From: Paramecium tetraurelia
Taxonomy: Eukaryota
Assembly: GCA_000165425.1 (NCBI GenBank)
Contig: CT868318.1
Coordinates: 523,067-587,066 of the forward strand
Direction of reading: 5' to 3'
Length of the DNA stretch: 64,000 nt
This document shows, in pieces, positions 13,261-26,023 of the stretch; position 1 is the stretch's first letter; every line of letters begins with the position of its first letter. Position numbers and translations under genes: made by a program. A model generated the notes under the pieces. That model was not told where the DNA came from and searched no databases. It was given only the letters and a program-made list of their open reading frames with translations.

Positions 13261-14257
13261 CTGATTAAATTAATTATATCAATTAATAATTAATAAGCTT
13301 GAATTTTTTATCTTCATTAATACATACTAATCAAAAATTATTCAAAAATTATCCTAAAAATTGAAGTTTGTATTTTTATTAAATTAAAAATGAAATGAAC
13401 ATTTAGGTGTTCAACTTATTCTAATTAGGTTTAAATTTATTTATAGATATTTTTATAGAATAAAATTTAATTGAGGATAAGTTTGTAAACTCTTATTTGA
13501 ATTTTAAACATAATGTTAAGGATTGTTAAATTTAAATAAATGAAGAAGTGAATAGAACTGATTTTAAGAATAAAATATATTAAGATCCCAAATAACATCA
13601 ACTTCTAAATCCACCCTAAAGTCAATGCAAATTATATGTTAAAATAAAACAAATAAGCTCAAATTTATAAATTGAAAATTTACCAGTTACTTTTTTGAAA
13701 ATTAGAAAATTATTATTCTAGTTATAAAAGTTTCGAAAAGTATTTGTATAATTTATAGTTAATGAAAGTTTAAATTTCATCAATTACTTAGGTTTAAGGA
13801 TTGACATCAAGAAATTTATCTGCTTTTTCATATTACCAATTAACTAAAGTGTTGTTTTAAAGGATCAAATAATAAATGTGACATCAGTTTAAGAATATTA
13901 ATTAATTCTATTTTAGGATTTATAATTCTTATTACTTAATTTAATTAAGAACAGAATAAGAAAGTAATATATTTTTAGAAGTTCTATAATAATTAGTTCC
14001 ATTGTTGATTAAATTAAATTAATAGAAATAATTCTTGAATTAATTTAGATATAAATTCAATATTGTGTCATGCATTTTTAATACTTAGTTATTCATGAAT
14101 AGTGTGATAATATTATTGATGGTAGGAGTATTGTAGAAATACATCATAGAATTGAGTCTTAAATTCTGATAAGAATTTAAGAATTTTAATTATAAACAAC
14201 ATTATAATTATAATGAGATTTTCAGTTTTTATACATTAAATAAGTAATAAAATATTT

Positions 14258-14985
14258 TCATTCTGCAAGCAATTGCTATGCTTTATTATTTTTGAGTGCT
14301 GAGATTATTTTAAAAGAGTTTTCAGCATAAAAAGTTTATATAATTTCATCGCAATATTAATATTCTTTAAGTGAAAATTTTACAATACGAGCGACCAATA
14401 TTGTCCTTCGAATTAATCTCAGTAGAATCATCAGCTCTATTAAGATTAGTATGGCTAAAAAGAGATAGAATGGAAGATCAAGTTTCATTGTTATCATAAT
14501 GGCCACTTCAACAATTATTATTAATAGCAAAATAAAAAAGGCAAATGCATATGTGATCTGCTGCTTTCTTGTTAGGTTTTGACATGATAAGCTAACTTAA
14601 ATTGTAATATCTACTTAGTTTCTAAAACTGTGGGGTAATATAAATTGCAATAAGGGCACTACATAATTCCATTTCCTTATTTATATTCTAATTTTATGTG
14701 AGTTATTAGACATAATAAATGATATTACCTGTCCTAACAAGCACAATACTTTGCGGTAGGTGTTGATGTATGTTTGCTGCAGAAGTGGCAGAAATGGTTT
14801 GCACCGTTAACTGATGAATTTAAGATTTTATTCAGGTGAAACTAATTAGCAGTAGTCTATGGATGCAATGTTTTTCGTAAACGGTATAAATGTTCAGCGG
14901 GAACAGAAGAAGTTCCTTAAACTGTAATCAATTTTGATTCAAATGTTTCAAATTAAGGTTAGTTATGTGCTGTAGTTGTATCCAT
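14258..14985 (-). CDS. RING-CH (MARCH-like) membrane E3 ubiquitin ligase, 2 TM
   Basis: CHFC..CAC..HLLC..CPYC (C4HC3) followed by two hydrophobic helices; one 23-nt intron gives an in-frame 705-nt CDS. Confidence 0.75.
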
Positions 14986-15009
14986 ATATAAATAAATAAA
15001 TTAATTTGG

Positions 15010-15783
15010 TCATTTTCGAGCTCCAGTGTTGTTATTCCTCATCAGAAAGAGTAACTCCTCCTTTTCCTATTTCAATCTTGCATTCTCCTTCTGCATCATT
15101 AGAATTTTTTCTTCATTCTCATTTAACACTTCTAATTTTTGAGCATAAGACTTCAATTTCTCGACCAAATTTTCTTTAAATAAATCAGTTTATTTTTAAA
15201 ATTTTATGAAATTTTTTTCACTTATTTCCAACTATCTTGTCAATGTTTAGTTTTTTTCTTTCAACATTTAAATCTCTTGATTTTGAATGAGGGACTTTTC
15301 TTGTTGTTCTGCAACTAGAGATTAGAGTTGTTTAATGGTTTAATCTTGATCTTGAATTCGACTTGTATTATTGTCAACTTTAAATTTTGATAATCTTTAA
15401 GGTGATTAAGTATTAAAATATGATAAATTGGTTGATGCTGATCTATTAGTTTTATTTGATTTGTGAAATACAGCCGATTGCTCTTAAAATGATATTGCTG
15501 ATTATTCTAAAGTAGGCATTCTTCTTGATGAATATCTTCTTTAATTTTAGGTGATCAACTCTTAATCTAAAATGTCAATTAATTCAGTCTTCTCATTCTC
15601 TAGAAGGGTTTCAACTGTCTGTTAATTTTGATTTTGCAATCTGGATAATGATTTCTTATGAGCAAATAGTAAGTCCTTTTATTTCAATTGATTCTCCTAT
15701 TGTTTCAGATTTTGACGTTATTCTAATAATAAACTCAATTTTTATTGCATAGTCTATGGTAATTCAGAATCCCAAGTTTACAT
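15010..15783 (-). CDS. Hypothetical coiled-coil protein
   Basis: Intronless 774-nt code-6 ORF MQTWDSELPQ...NNTGARK*. Confidence 0.7.
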
Positions 15784-15797
15784 TTTATAAATAAATA

Positions 15798-18700
15798 ATG
15801 AATTTACAACCTGTAAGTTCTGGTTCAATCAATATGTCGGGTGATAGTAATCAGAACGGTCTTGATCACTATCTCAATGAACTCAATAATTAAAACTTGA
15901 TGTAAGTGAGGAGACCGAATGAAGAGTAGATTTTGGCATTTATTGATTTTGAAGGCATTAAGCCAGATCAAGTGATTTAACACAAGACTTTCCCTGATAG
16001 TCATAAAGAAAATAAGAGTAAAGGAAGTAAGTCTTCTTAATAGAATCGACGGAATAGTGTAGACATGTCTGAAGTATCACCTTTGAAACAATCTCTTAGG
16101 GATGATTTGATTCCTTTGGATAGTCCAAATATTGAATTTAAGAAATTGGGGGAACCAGAAGATCATCGAAAAAGCAAGACTGTGAATAGTCCAGCTGTTT
16201 AATCATCTAAATCTCCAAAACGAAAAAGCAAACATTTCTCAAAGATCTTTTCCAAATTAACTAATAGAATGCATTTGGCTAGGAAATTCATACAAAAGAT
16301 TAAGTTATTGTCTCCATTTGCAAAGAAAATTTAGAAATCTCAATTGTAATTAATTTAGGATTTGAGTTCCGATATCGGTAATAGCAACGAGAAATATAAC
16401 AATATTAGTTTCATTAAGATTAGAGATAAATCAAAATAGAAACATGCATTGAAGAGGATTGAGAGTATGAAGGCATTCATTGCACTCAAGACTTATTTTA
16501 GTGTTTGTAAAATTTAACAGATTCTTGATAAGTTAAAGAATGAAACGATAGATCCTCAAGGGAACTTTCTATTCATTTGGGAGTTATTAAAGTTTTTTGT
16601 GACTTTGGCATCACTATTCCAATTATCAATTCAAATATGTTTCAATTTGAATGTTTTGAATTGGTTTTTCATTTCTGAAAAAGAAAATTCCCAAATTATT
16701 CTGATTTTGATGTTTATATATTATTCATTTGATATCGTTTTAGGATTTAGAACAGGGTATTATGAAAATGGAGAAGTTGTAACAAAGTAATAAAGAGTTG
16801 CTAGAAGATATTTAAGGAAATACTTTTTTGTTGATTTGATATCAATAATCCCAATATTCGCAAATCTAATCTTAATTTAATCCTTTGAAACAGATAATAC
16901 AGGGATAAAGATAGTGAATTGTTTATCATTTTTAAGATCAAATGCTCTTAGTAGAGTATACCATTCGTTAGAAGGGAGATTATTAAGTAATCCAAGATTC
17001 GTTATTGGATATCGTTTTTTGAGTGTGATAGGGACAGTATTTTTGTATGCCCATGTATTTGGATGTCTATGGTATGTTGTAGCACAAAACAATTAAAATA
17101 ATTGGATCAATAAAGCAGGAATAGTTGAGGATTCTTGGTTCGCTCTTTATAGTTACTCGATCTATTGGTCTGTTATGACGATGACTACCGTGGGATATGG
17201 AGATTTAACACCGGCTAATCATGAAGAAGCCTTGTTTTGTGTTTGTACTATGTTTATTGCAAGTGTTGTCTTTGCATATTCAATCAATACAATAGGTATG
17301 ATCATTACTGAAATGAATAAGTTTGATGAGAAAATCAATGAAAATATGGCTATTATAAATAGATACATGCAAAGAAAGAATTTCGAGTAGTCTTTGCAAT
17401 TTAGAGTTAGACAATACCTATAGAATGTGTGGACTTAGGAAGAGAAGTTTCGGATTGTTGATGAAAATAAGATTATTAACTGTTTAAGTCCAACTTTAAA
17501 GGAAGAAATCTAAATTTGTTTATATGGACAATTCATTACCAACATTCACATCTTCTATAGATATTTCAGTTAAGAATGTCTTCTAGAATTGACTAAGAAT
17601 GTTCAAGAATATAGAGTGGCTCCAAATTCTTATGTTGTTGAAAATGGAACTTATGATGGAATTGCATTATATTAATTAGTAAGTGGAGAGGCTGAAATGT
17701 TTGTGGATCTATAAGACAGGAAATATTACATTGGGAAGATGAAACAAGGAGACATATTCGGCCATGGTCCATTCTTTATGAACAATGTTCATCCTTACAG
17801 CATTAAAACTGATACAGCGTGCTCCTTTTCTTACTTATCTAAGCAAATGTTCTTAGACATTCTTCAATCTCACCCTGGTGATTATGTAATATTTTAAGTA
17901 ATATAGTAAACCTATAGAATGATCATCGATTAATGGACATTCGAAAATTAGAAACTAGATCTAGGCGTTAAATGTTTTGGATGTGGAGAAACTAATCATG
18001 AGATAGATTAATGTCATAGATTGCATTTAATTATTAACAAATAGATCGTATTAGCAAAACATTTGTTTTCAGTGCCTAACAAAAGAATTTAATATCAACG
18101 CAATTGCAGGAGAACTACCAATGCTAAATTTGGATAGAGATTATTTGAAGATGCTGTCTCTTTATTCTAAGAAAATAATTACTCTTTTTCCTCTGAAGAA
18201 GAGGAACCTAATCCTAGTCAAATCGAAAGGACTCATTAAACCAAACAGACTCAAGAGATGAGATATTAGGAACCTACTCATAACACTCATAGATCATAAT
18301 AACAATAGCATTAGCAATCAAAAAATGTGAGATTTAGGAAAAGATCAAGATCTCTGAATTCAATTAGTGTCCATTCTGATGAAGAATCTAAATTTTAGAA
18401 ATCCATATCAGGATATAAATCCAATGACTCTTAAATAGATAAAATAAGTGGTATTCCAGTTAAAGTATAATAATTGCCAAGTTCGTAATTATCATAGAGT
18501 TCATTTAATGTATTTTTAAAAGAGCATCCAAAAAGAAAAATATCAAAATAATAAGACTCTGATAAATATTCTAATCATTCTATTGGATAACGATAATAGT
18601 AGTAATAGTAATAGTAGTAATAACAATAGCTATATTAATAACAATAGTATTAGCATAAATCAAGTAGTCAATCAAGTAGTGGCAACATTCCTTAGAGTAG

Positions 18701-19268
18701 TATTGGAATATCTCCTTTGCCTACTGGATCTCCGCCTTTGCTTTATTAAGAAGAGAAATAGACATTTTAAAAAGGGTTTGTAGATGATAGTTTATTTGTT
18801 GCACAGGAAAGAAAAAAGAAATCTTTGATCGGTACTAGTTATACGAATACAAAATCTATAAAAAATCCCCTTTAAGCTATACCTTCTGTTAGTGAAATGA
18901 ATGAAACTGAGAAAAACAATAATAACTTAAAGGAAGCTTCATACACTTCTAAATAATTATCGATGTAAAGTAGATCGAGAAGTTAGAGATACACAATTTC
19001 AATCCGCACTGAAAGTTAAAAAATAAGAGAAGACACTAAACATGATACTAATTAAAAACATGAAAAACATGATTTCAAGTTAAAAACTGATACTTATAAA
19101 TAATATCATGAGAGTAGTCCCTTAAATGAAGAGTAATTTCATAACACATTTGAATAAGCCTGCAATTTAAATTCCTACTACCCACAATACAATAAGGATA
19201 GAATCATAGAAAAATATAAGAAATAATAATGCCGAAAAAATATTTACTTATATTAATTCAAGTCTTGA
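15798..19268 (+). CDS. K+ channel with cyclic-nucleotide-binding(-homology) domain (EAG/CNG-like)
   Basis: 6 TM, pore YWSVMTMTTVGYGD, C-linker LQFRVRQYL..LSPTLKEEI, CNBD, CFGC..H..C knuckle, Gln/Ser-rich tail; 21-nt intron 17886-17906. Confidence 0.93.
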
Positions 19269-19373
19269 TATATATTAATTATTTATTATACTATTTTAAA
19301 TTTATGAAAGAATTAAATAAATTGATTCATATGGTTTGAAACTATTATAGTATGTGATTAATAAATTATATAT

Positions 19374-19580
19374 ATGAACAAGCATTCAGGAGCCTCGACA
19401 TATTAAAATAGTTAAAGACAAAAATCACATTATTCCTAATAATCAAACCTACCTGAGAAAATCAGATTGGAAAGTCATGGTTTAATAGTTGCCAAAGAAA
19501 AGGAGAAAAAAACCAAGAAAGAGGAAATTAGAAAATATTTAAAGAGCCAGAACCAAAAGTACATTAAAGATTTATATTGA
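19374..19580 (+). CDS. Small basic hypothetical protein (68 aa)
   Basis: Clean ATG-TGA code-6 ORF filling the gap between two genes. Confidence 0.5.
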
Positions 19581-19632
19581 TTAACTCATATTTATATTTT
19601 CAAGATAGTATTAACATTTAGATATTAAAATT

Positions 19633-20318
19633 ATGAATAGATAATAATAAGAAGCTGCAAATATCTGTAATTAATTCGATGACTTAGGTAGTGTTGAAGA
19701 GAGTAAGAGATGCTTTGAATGCAAGAGGAACAAAGACAATTAGGAGTTTGGGAATATGCTTCAGGTGTTTGGACTCATATGATGGAAATAGAAAATTGGA
19801 CAAGAATGAATTAAAGGTTGGATTAGCGGAGAATGGAGTTCAACTCTCTTGGAATGAAATAGATGTAGATAATTAAATAATGTAAGATTTTATTCGCAGC
19901 CATGGACAGAGATAGAAGTGGAACAATTGATTTCGATGAATTCCTAGTTGCCATACGAGTAAGCAAGATAACTATTAATTTAGGGCTAACTCAACCCAAC
20001 AAGAAAGGCTATCGTTGATTAAGCATTCAAAAGGTTTGATAAAACAGGAGATGGAAAGATAACTGTTGATGACATAAAGTATAGACTTTATTAATAATAT
20101 AAAGAGGAGTATACAACACTAAGTTGCATCCAAAGGTTAAGAATGGATAAATGTCTGAAAACTAAGTTTTAGATGAATTTTTAGTGAATTTTGGAGATGT
20201 AGACAGAAATGGATAATTAACTTATCAGGAATGGCTTGATTATTATGCCGCCGTGTCAGCCTCTGTTGACAATGATGAGCACTTTGTATTGTTGATGAAA
20301 ATGGCATGGAAGTTATGA
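19633..20318 (+). CDS. Calcyphosin-like EF-hand protein
   Basis: DSYDGNRKLDKNE, DRDRSGTIDFDEF, DKTGDGKITVDD, HPKVKNGQ, DVDRNGQLTYQEW, C-terminal MKMAWKL; 4 short introns. Confidence 0.9.
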
Positions 20319-20612
20319 ATCAAATAATAAAATATCATAACAATAGATATTTTTGTAATAATTTTATTACCCTTTTGGATCAAATTTAATTCTAATATTA
20401 TGGGAATTAATATATGATCAAATGACATCTTTGAATATTGGTATGAATGAAATGAATACTGAAGATCTTCCTAGTCTAATATTAATTCTATTTTCTATTT
20501 TCTTCCATTCCTTCTATTAATCACTTAAGAATGAGTTTCTTAATAGAAATTTCTATAGTTGATAATTTCATCTTTAGATGTATATAATTTAACAAATAGG
20601 ATATTAATATTA

Positions 20613-21395
20613 TCAAATTAATTTATCCAAACTTTCTTAAATACTTTCTAAATTTTCAAATAGATCCTGAATCTAAGCCTTCTAAAACTTTATACCAAAT
20701 TTCTCAACTTTATTAGATTCACCAGAAGGCTTAGTTTCAAATACAAAGGTTGTAGCTGGATTTCTTGCATCATATGAATATAAATCATTAGCATCTTCAA
20801 TTTTACCGTCAACATTCATAAAATTTGCTACATCTGTAATTGATACTTTATTATAGAATACTCTTTTATGGTAATCTTGATTCATCAACTTATAAACTGA
20901 TTTTCCAATTAAAAGAATGTAATACATCTTAAACAGCAATAGGCTTCTCTCTTATTCTAATAGAATACTCATTTCCATATTGTATCCATTATTGTCTAAA
21001 AACTTCAATGTGATCCTAGGACTATTAAATATAGAATAGTATAATACCATTCCATTTTATGCTAGTACTTCTTCAACTTGACTCAAATTTCTTTCTGCAA
21101 CAACATGCATTAACACAAATGTAAATGCATTAACAATATTAGCTAATTGCTACTCTGCAATATTCAGATTATTCTGAAATTTCTTAATCTCATCCTCTGT
21201 AAATAAATCTTTATATAATTATCCTGGTTTGCTAAAGATTCTTCCAATAACTATCTCAGTCCTTGGAATACTTAAAGAATTCAGATTGAGAATCGCATCT
21301 TATAAATTCTTATTGACCTTCATTGATAAATTATATTTATTTATAATGGAATTCTCATAATTAGAATTGACTAGATTAGTATGATTGAAATTCAT
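20613..21395 (-). CDS. COMMD10: COMM domain protein 10-like
   Basis: LQDAILNLN..LFTEDEIKKFQ..VFRQQW..LHSFNWKISLQV..IQDLFENLESIQESLDKLI; true start may be the downstream MKVNKN. Confidence 0.75.
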
Positions 21396-21406
21396 TAATT
21401 TTTAAA

Positions 21407-22175
21407 ATGTATATCCCAGTAAATGAAGTACAAAAGCATTTCAAGTCAGAAACACCAATGATGTCAAATATAACCCATAAATCAGATTAATGGAGTCCTT
21501 ATCATGATAATTCAGGAACTGTATTAGGTAAGACATCGAATAAAAATGGTAAGCTATTGGAATCCCAGGAGCTGTGTTAGTAGCAGGAGACACTAGATTG
21601 AGCAATGGTTATAATATTCTTACTCGAGATGCAACTAAGTTATCATAATTGACTGATAAGTGTGTTTTAGCCACCGCAGGTTAATATGCAGATTTTATAG
21701 CCTTAAGGAAATTCTTGTAATAAAGACTCCAATTATATGAATTCTAAAATGAAGTTTAAGTATTTAACTATATAAAAGAAAGGCTTCAACACAAACTGTA
21801 GCTCATTTGCTATCTAGAGAACTTTATTCTAGAAGATTTTTCCCTTATTATACTTTCAACTTATTGGCAGGCCTTGATGAAAATAACCATGGAGTTGTCT
21901 ATGGGTATGATGCCATAGGTAGTTATGATTAAATGACTTATGGTGTTTAAGGCAGTGGACAAGAATTAGTTGTTGCTGTTTTAGATAACTAACTCAAAGG
22001 TTACAATAAAATCAATAAAACTTTCCCTTAAACTCAACAAGAAATTTTAGATCTCATATTAGATTGTTTCAGTTGTGCTGCAGAAAGAGACATTCACACA
22101 GGTGACAATGTTGAAATTCTTATCATCACTCCTACTGGAACAGAGAGGATTGTTAAACCTCTCAGAAAAGATTGA
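21407..22175 (+). CDS. PSMB1: 20S proteasome subunit beta-6 (beta type-1)
   Basis: WSPYHDNSGT, AGDTRLS, LYSRRFFPYYTFNLLAGLD, YDAIGSY, AAERDIHTGD, LRKD*. Confidence 0.95.
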
Positions 22176-22215
22176 TTATTAATGGATATCTTTGAATATT
22201 ATTTATTAATTAATA

Positions 22216-23914
22216 TCAATATTGTTTTTTTAGCATTTTCAACTTCGTCTGTAGTCTCCATTGGTAAAACACATTGAATTCTAATTACAATAATCTATAA
22301 TTAAATCTAAATATTTATCATACTTTTTCTTCCCTTTTCTCTAACTTAAAAGATGGGCTCTCATTTTTTTGAATGATTACTTCAACAATTTAAATTGTTT
22401 AGAACCTAAATATTTCTCTAACTTTTTCTTATTTATTTTTCTTCTCCTTTAAGATTCCCAATGCGATTTCAAAGCACCAAATGTATAGATAATTCTTCTT
22501 TAGATGTAGAATTGGGAACTTAATTTCAACTCTCTTTGGTATTACTTTATTACTCCTTTTATAAACAACTGGAAGTAGTCTCTTTGTAATCTTTCTAAAT
22601 ATTATTTTATATATACTATTATAATAACTTTGAGCCTTCTCATCCTTTTACTTTATCAAATCATAATCATATTTTAAGGATTTAAATACTTTGCTTAGTT
22701 ATTGTAATCTCTTTTTATTTTAATAATTTATTAATTGTTCCATCTTCATTTTCGAAAGATCAGTAAAATACTTAATTGAATAAAAGATCATTTAAATGAA
22801 CTTAATTCTCTTATACTATGAATATTTGTTCAATTTCCAGTTATTTTTGAATGATCTAAACCCTTATATTAAAAGTTCCAATTTTCTTTATTTCAACTTT
22901 GCTTGTAACATTACTTTATTTAAACCCTTCTTCTCTATTTTGCTTTCATAAGCACGTCTCCAAAATAACAAATATCGTTTTTTTCTTTTCTTCTCAATTT
23001 AGACTGTCAATATTAATTCTTTATCCTATAACTTCAATTATATTTATTTGATTTCTTCTATGTATTATTTCCAACTCTAAAAAATCTTGTACATGTAAAA
23101 TCCTTTAGCTAGTTTATCTTTTTAAGAATCCAATGTTGCATCCTTCCAATAATTAAAAAATGTTTGTTTCCTCCATTTATTATGAATTGGTTAGTATTTA
23201 GAATTTCTTTTATTATTTTATTCTTTTGTGTAATTTCTCCAATTCTTAAATATTTTACAAACCTATTCCAATTGAGTTTAATATTTCTTTGAATCCAACA
23301 TATGTCTTTTCCAACCTTTAAACGCTTTTTTTATTAAGACTTCATTATAATATATAGTAGAATCTTAAAGTAATTATAGGTGTAATCTGTAATTTTACAG
23401 TTCAATCACCCATTTATCAAAATATAATTACTTTTTCTTCTTTATGATTGTTTTTTCGTTATTCTTTCTCTTTTTCAAAATTTTTGATGCTTTCCTTAAT
23501 TTTAGAAACCATTTCATTAATAATTTATCATTGTAACATTCAATAATGGCATTATTAACTTCTCTGTCCTTTTGTTAACCTTATGCTACACTTTTCATTT
23601 TTTCAAAATATCTCCTCAATTGGAGAATTTTGATTTAGTTAAGAATAACTTGTTTCTATTGAAAAGTAAAATGGATGAGCATACATTTTATATGATGGTT
23701 TTGAAGGCTTTGAAAACTTTTTGTTTCAATAAGGTTTGATACTCAGTGTGTCTCTATTATTTAATTGCTTTTATTGTCTAGCAAATATTTTAGGTTTTGT
23801 TACTTTCCGAAATAGTTGTTTGTATCTGAAGATAGTGGCATTAATCAAAAACTGTCTCTGGTTTATTTTTGATATATGATATTCTACCCATTTATAAAAG
23901 TATTTCCTTAACAT
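22216..23914 (-). CDS. SFI1-like (centrin-binding repeat) protein
   Basis: Periodic basic/aromatic repeats (RKYFYKW, KQTFFNYW, KRYLLFW, VFYQW) throughout; short introns. Confidence 0.6.
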
Positions 23915-23955
23915 TAAATTTATATTACTATTAAATTTATCACTTTAATAGAGTC

Positions 23956-25933
23956 ATGGAATAAATACAATATGGGAGTGCTTCAGAATACAAGAGTCAC
24001 ATTTTTCAAAAAAACGTTTCTTATTATGTTGAACTCTTTATTTTCCAAAAATTAGGGTAAGAGGCAGAGTTAAATATCCTATGTGCATTTTCAAGATTAC
24101 CTGTAAAAATACCTGTTAGACATTAAAACATTGTTAATATCGAATGCATATATGATTTAGAGGTGTGGATGGAATTCTTCGCGATCAAGTTAAAGTAAAA
24201 ATGAATAGTATTTGCTTACTAGAGAATAGAATAATTTTAGTTGTCCAGGATGCAAATAATATGTATACTTTTCAGATTTCGGTATAGACTTTGGATTATA
24301 TCATATTTTGGCAGAAAAGCAACTTTTAGAACAAAGTGGCCAAAAACTATTAGGTAATAAGATAATCTATTCACTCAACAATGGAAAAGTAATCTATTAT
24401 GCACTATCCAAATAAGATAAAAAGACAAAACTTAAAATTCCTGGAACAAACCCCATATTTAGATTATAAGTATCCAAAAATAACCTCAATATGAAAAATC
24501 TTAATCCAAGACAATAAGACATTCTTGATCAAATGAATTACACTATTTCAAAAATAAAAGATTTCATATCTTTTAAAATGCATCAAGGAAAATAGAAAGG
24601 AATATAGATTAATTAAATGAAGTAAGTATTAAAAGCAAAACTTGAATAATTAAAGACTACGTTCAGAAAATCCTAAAATTTAGTTTAATTGGGTGTCAAA
24701 TCTTTGGAAAGTCAATTTATTTTTGGTCTTAAGAAACTTTAAAAAGATGGAAAAAATGCAGGGAGCGTGGTATTGTTTCTTAATAACTATAGCTTATTGT
24801 ATATTATCCACATTTAGGAATATGGTAGGATTATGAAATAAAGACAACTCCAGAAAAACATTTCCAATATGAATTTTAATTATATGCAAAGGAATAAGGC
24901 TCAGAAAAGGAGAACATCATCTATGTAATAGGAGGCAGAGTAAAAAATTTTGAATCAAGCAATTTATTTGTCAGAATCAGATTTCCTAAAGACCCTTTTA
25001 CTCTAGAAAAATCGGTATATGTCGATTATCTACCCAATTTACCAAATGCAGCATTCAACTATTTGGGAGGATGCTACGATAAGTATGATTTTGATTAACT
25101 TTAGTAATGTCTATATCTTTTGTGGCCAAAAAAGAACTCTAGATTAATAAGGTAGGGCGAATGATACAATTTTTGATGTTGGATATACTTTTAAGAATGG
25201 GTAATGGAATAAATTGAATGAGAAAGTTGAGAAAAGATATGATGGTAGTTGTACAATAATTAATCATTAAAAATATGATAAATGTCTAATCTTATATGGA
25301 GGAATTGAATAATTACTTGATGGTAGAGTTGGATACAATGTTCAATAATAATAACATGTAGTTCAAGTATTCTAATTTAAATAAGAAAAATTCTTAGGCA
25401 AAGGATTCAAATTGAAATTTTCAGACAATCACCAGGATAATTATTAAAAATATATGTTCTCATGTCCAATATTCTCAATTCCATATGGTACTCATAGTGA
25501 ACTATTGATCGCAGGAGAATTTTTGAAAACAAATTATAAAGAAGGAAGAGAAGTCTATATTTTTGATTGGCAAGAGGGCACAATTACAAAAAATTAACTA
25601 CAAACATAACCTCTGGAATAAATATTACTTTCTAATATTCAAAAAAATTACAATTACTCAGCTCCTGAATTACTTTAGCCTGTCTAAGATATTGAAGGTG
25701 CTTTCTTGTTTGGCAATTATTACACAATCCATTAAGAGGAGATATAAATAGATTCTAGAACTACTTTTTAAAACTTTCAGTTATTTGAATATAAGGCAGC
25801 CAATGGATAAGGTATATAATAAATTTTAAATGTGTTAGTATCAATTAGACCATTTTTGCAAAGAGAAGTTTCAATTAAATAAGCAATTGAAGCATTGTAA
25901 AATTTACCAAATTAAGAAAACAAAAATTTATGA
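23956..25933 (+). CDS. Protein with degenerate SP-RING (MIZ)-like N-terminus and C-terminal Kelch-type propeller
   Basis: CAFSRLPVKIPVR..ECIYDLEVW..FSCPGCK..FGIDF; IYVIGG, VYIFCG, LILYGG Kelch-like repeats. Confidence 0.6.
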
Positions 25934-26023
25934 ATTATCCATAATATAAATCAATTTAGGTAATAAATTTAGATAAGATAAATAAATTTTAAATAATCAA
26001 AAATTGTGATAATATATATCTTT

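Noticed and set aside
20330..20600. Coding-like minus-strand stretch between calcyphosin and COMMD10
   Set aside because: No suitable upstream ATG and no recognisable motif; it runs into the opposite gene
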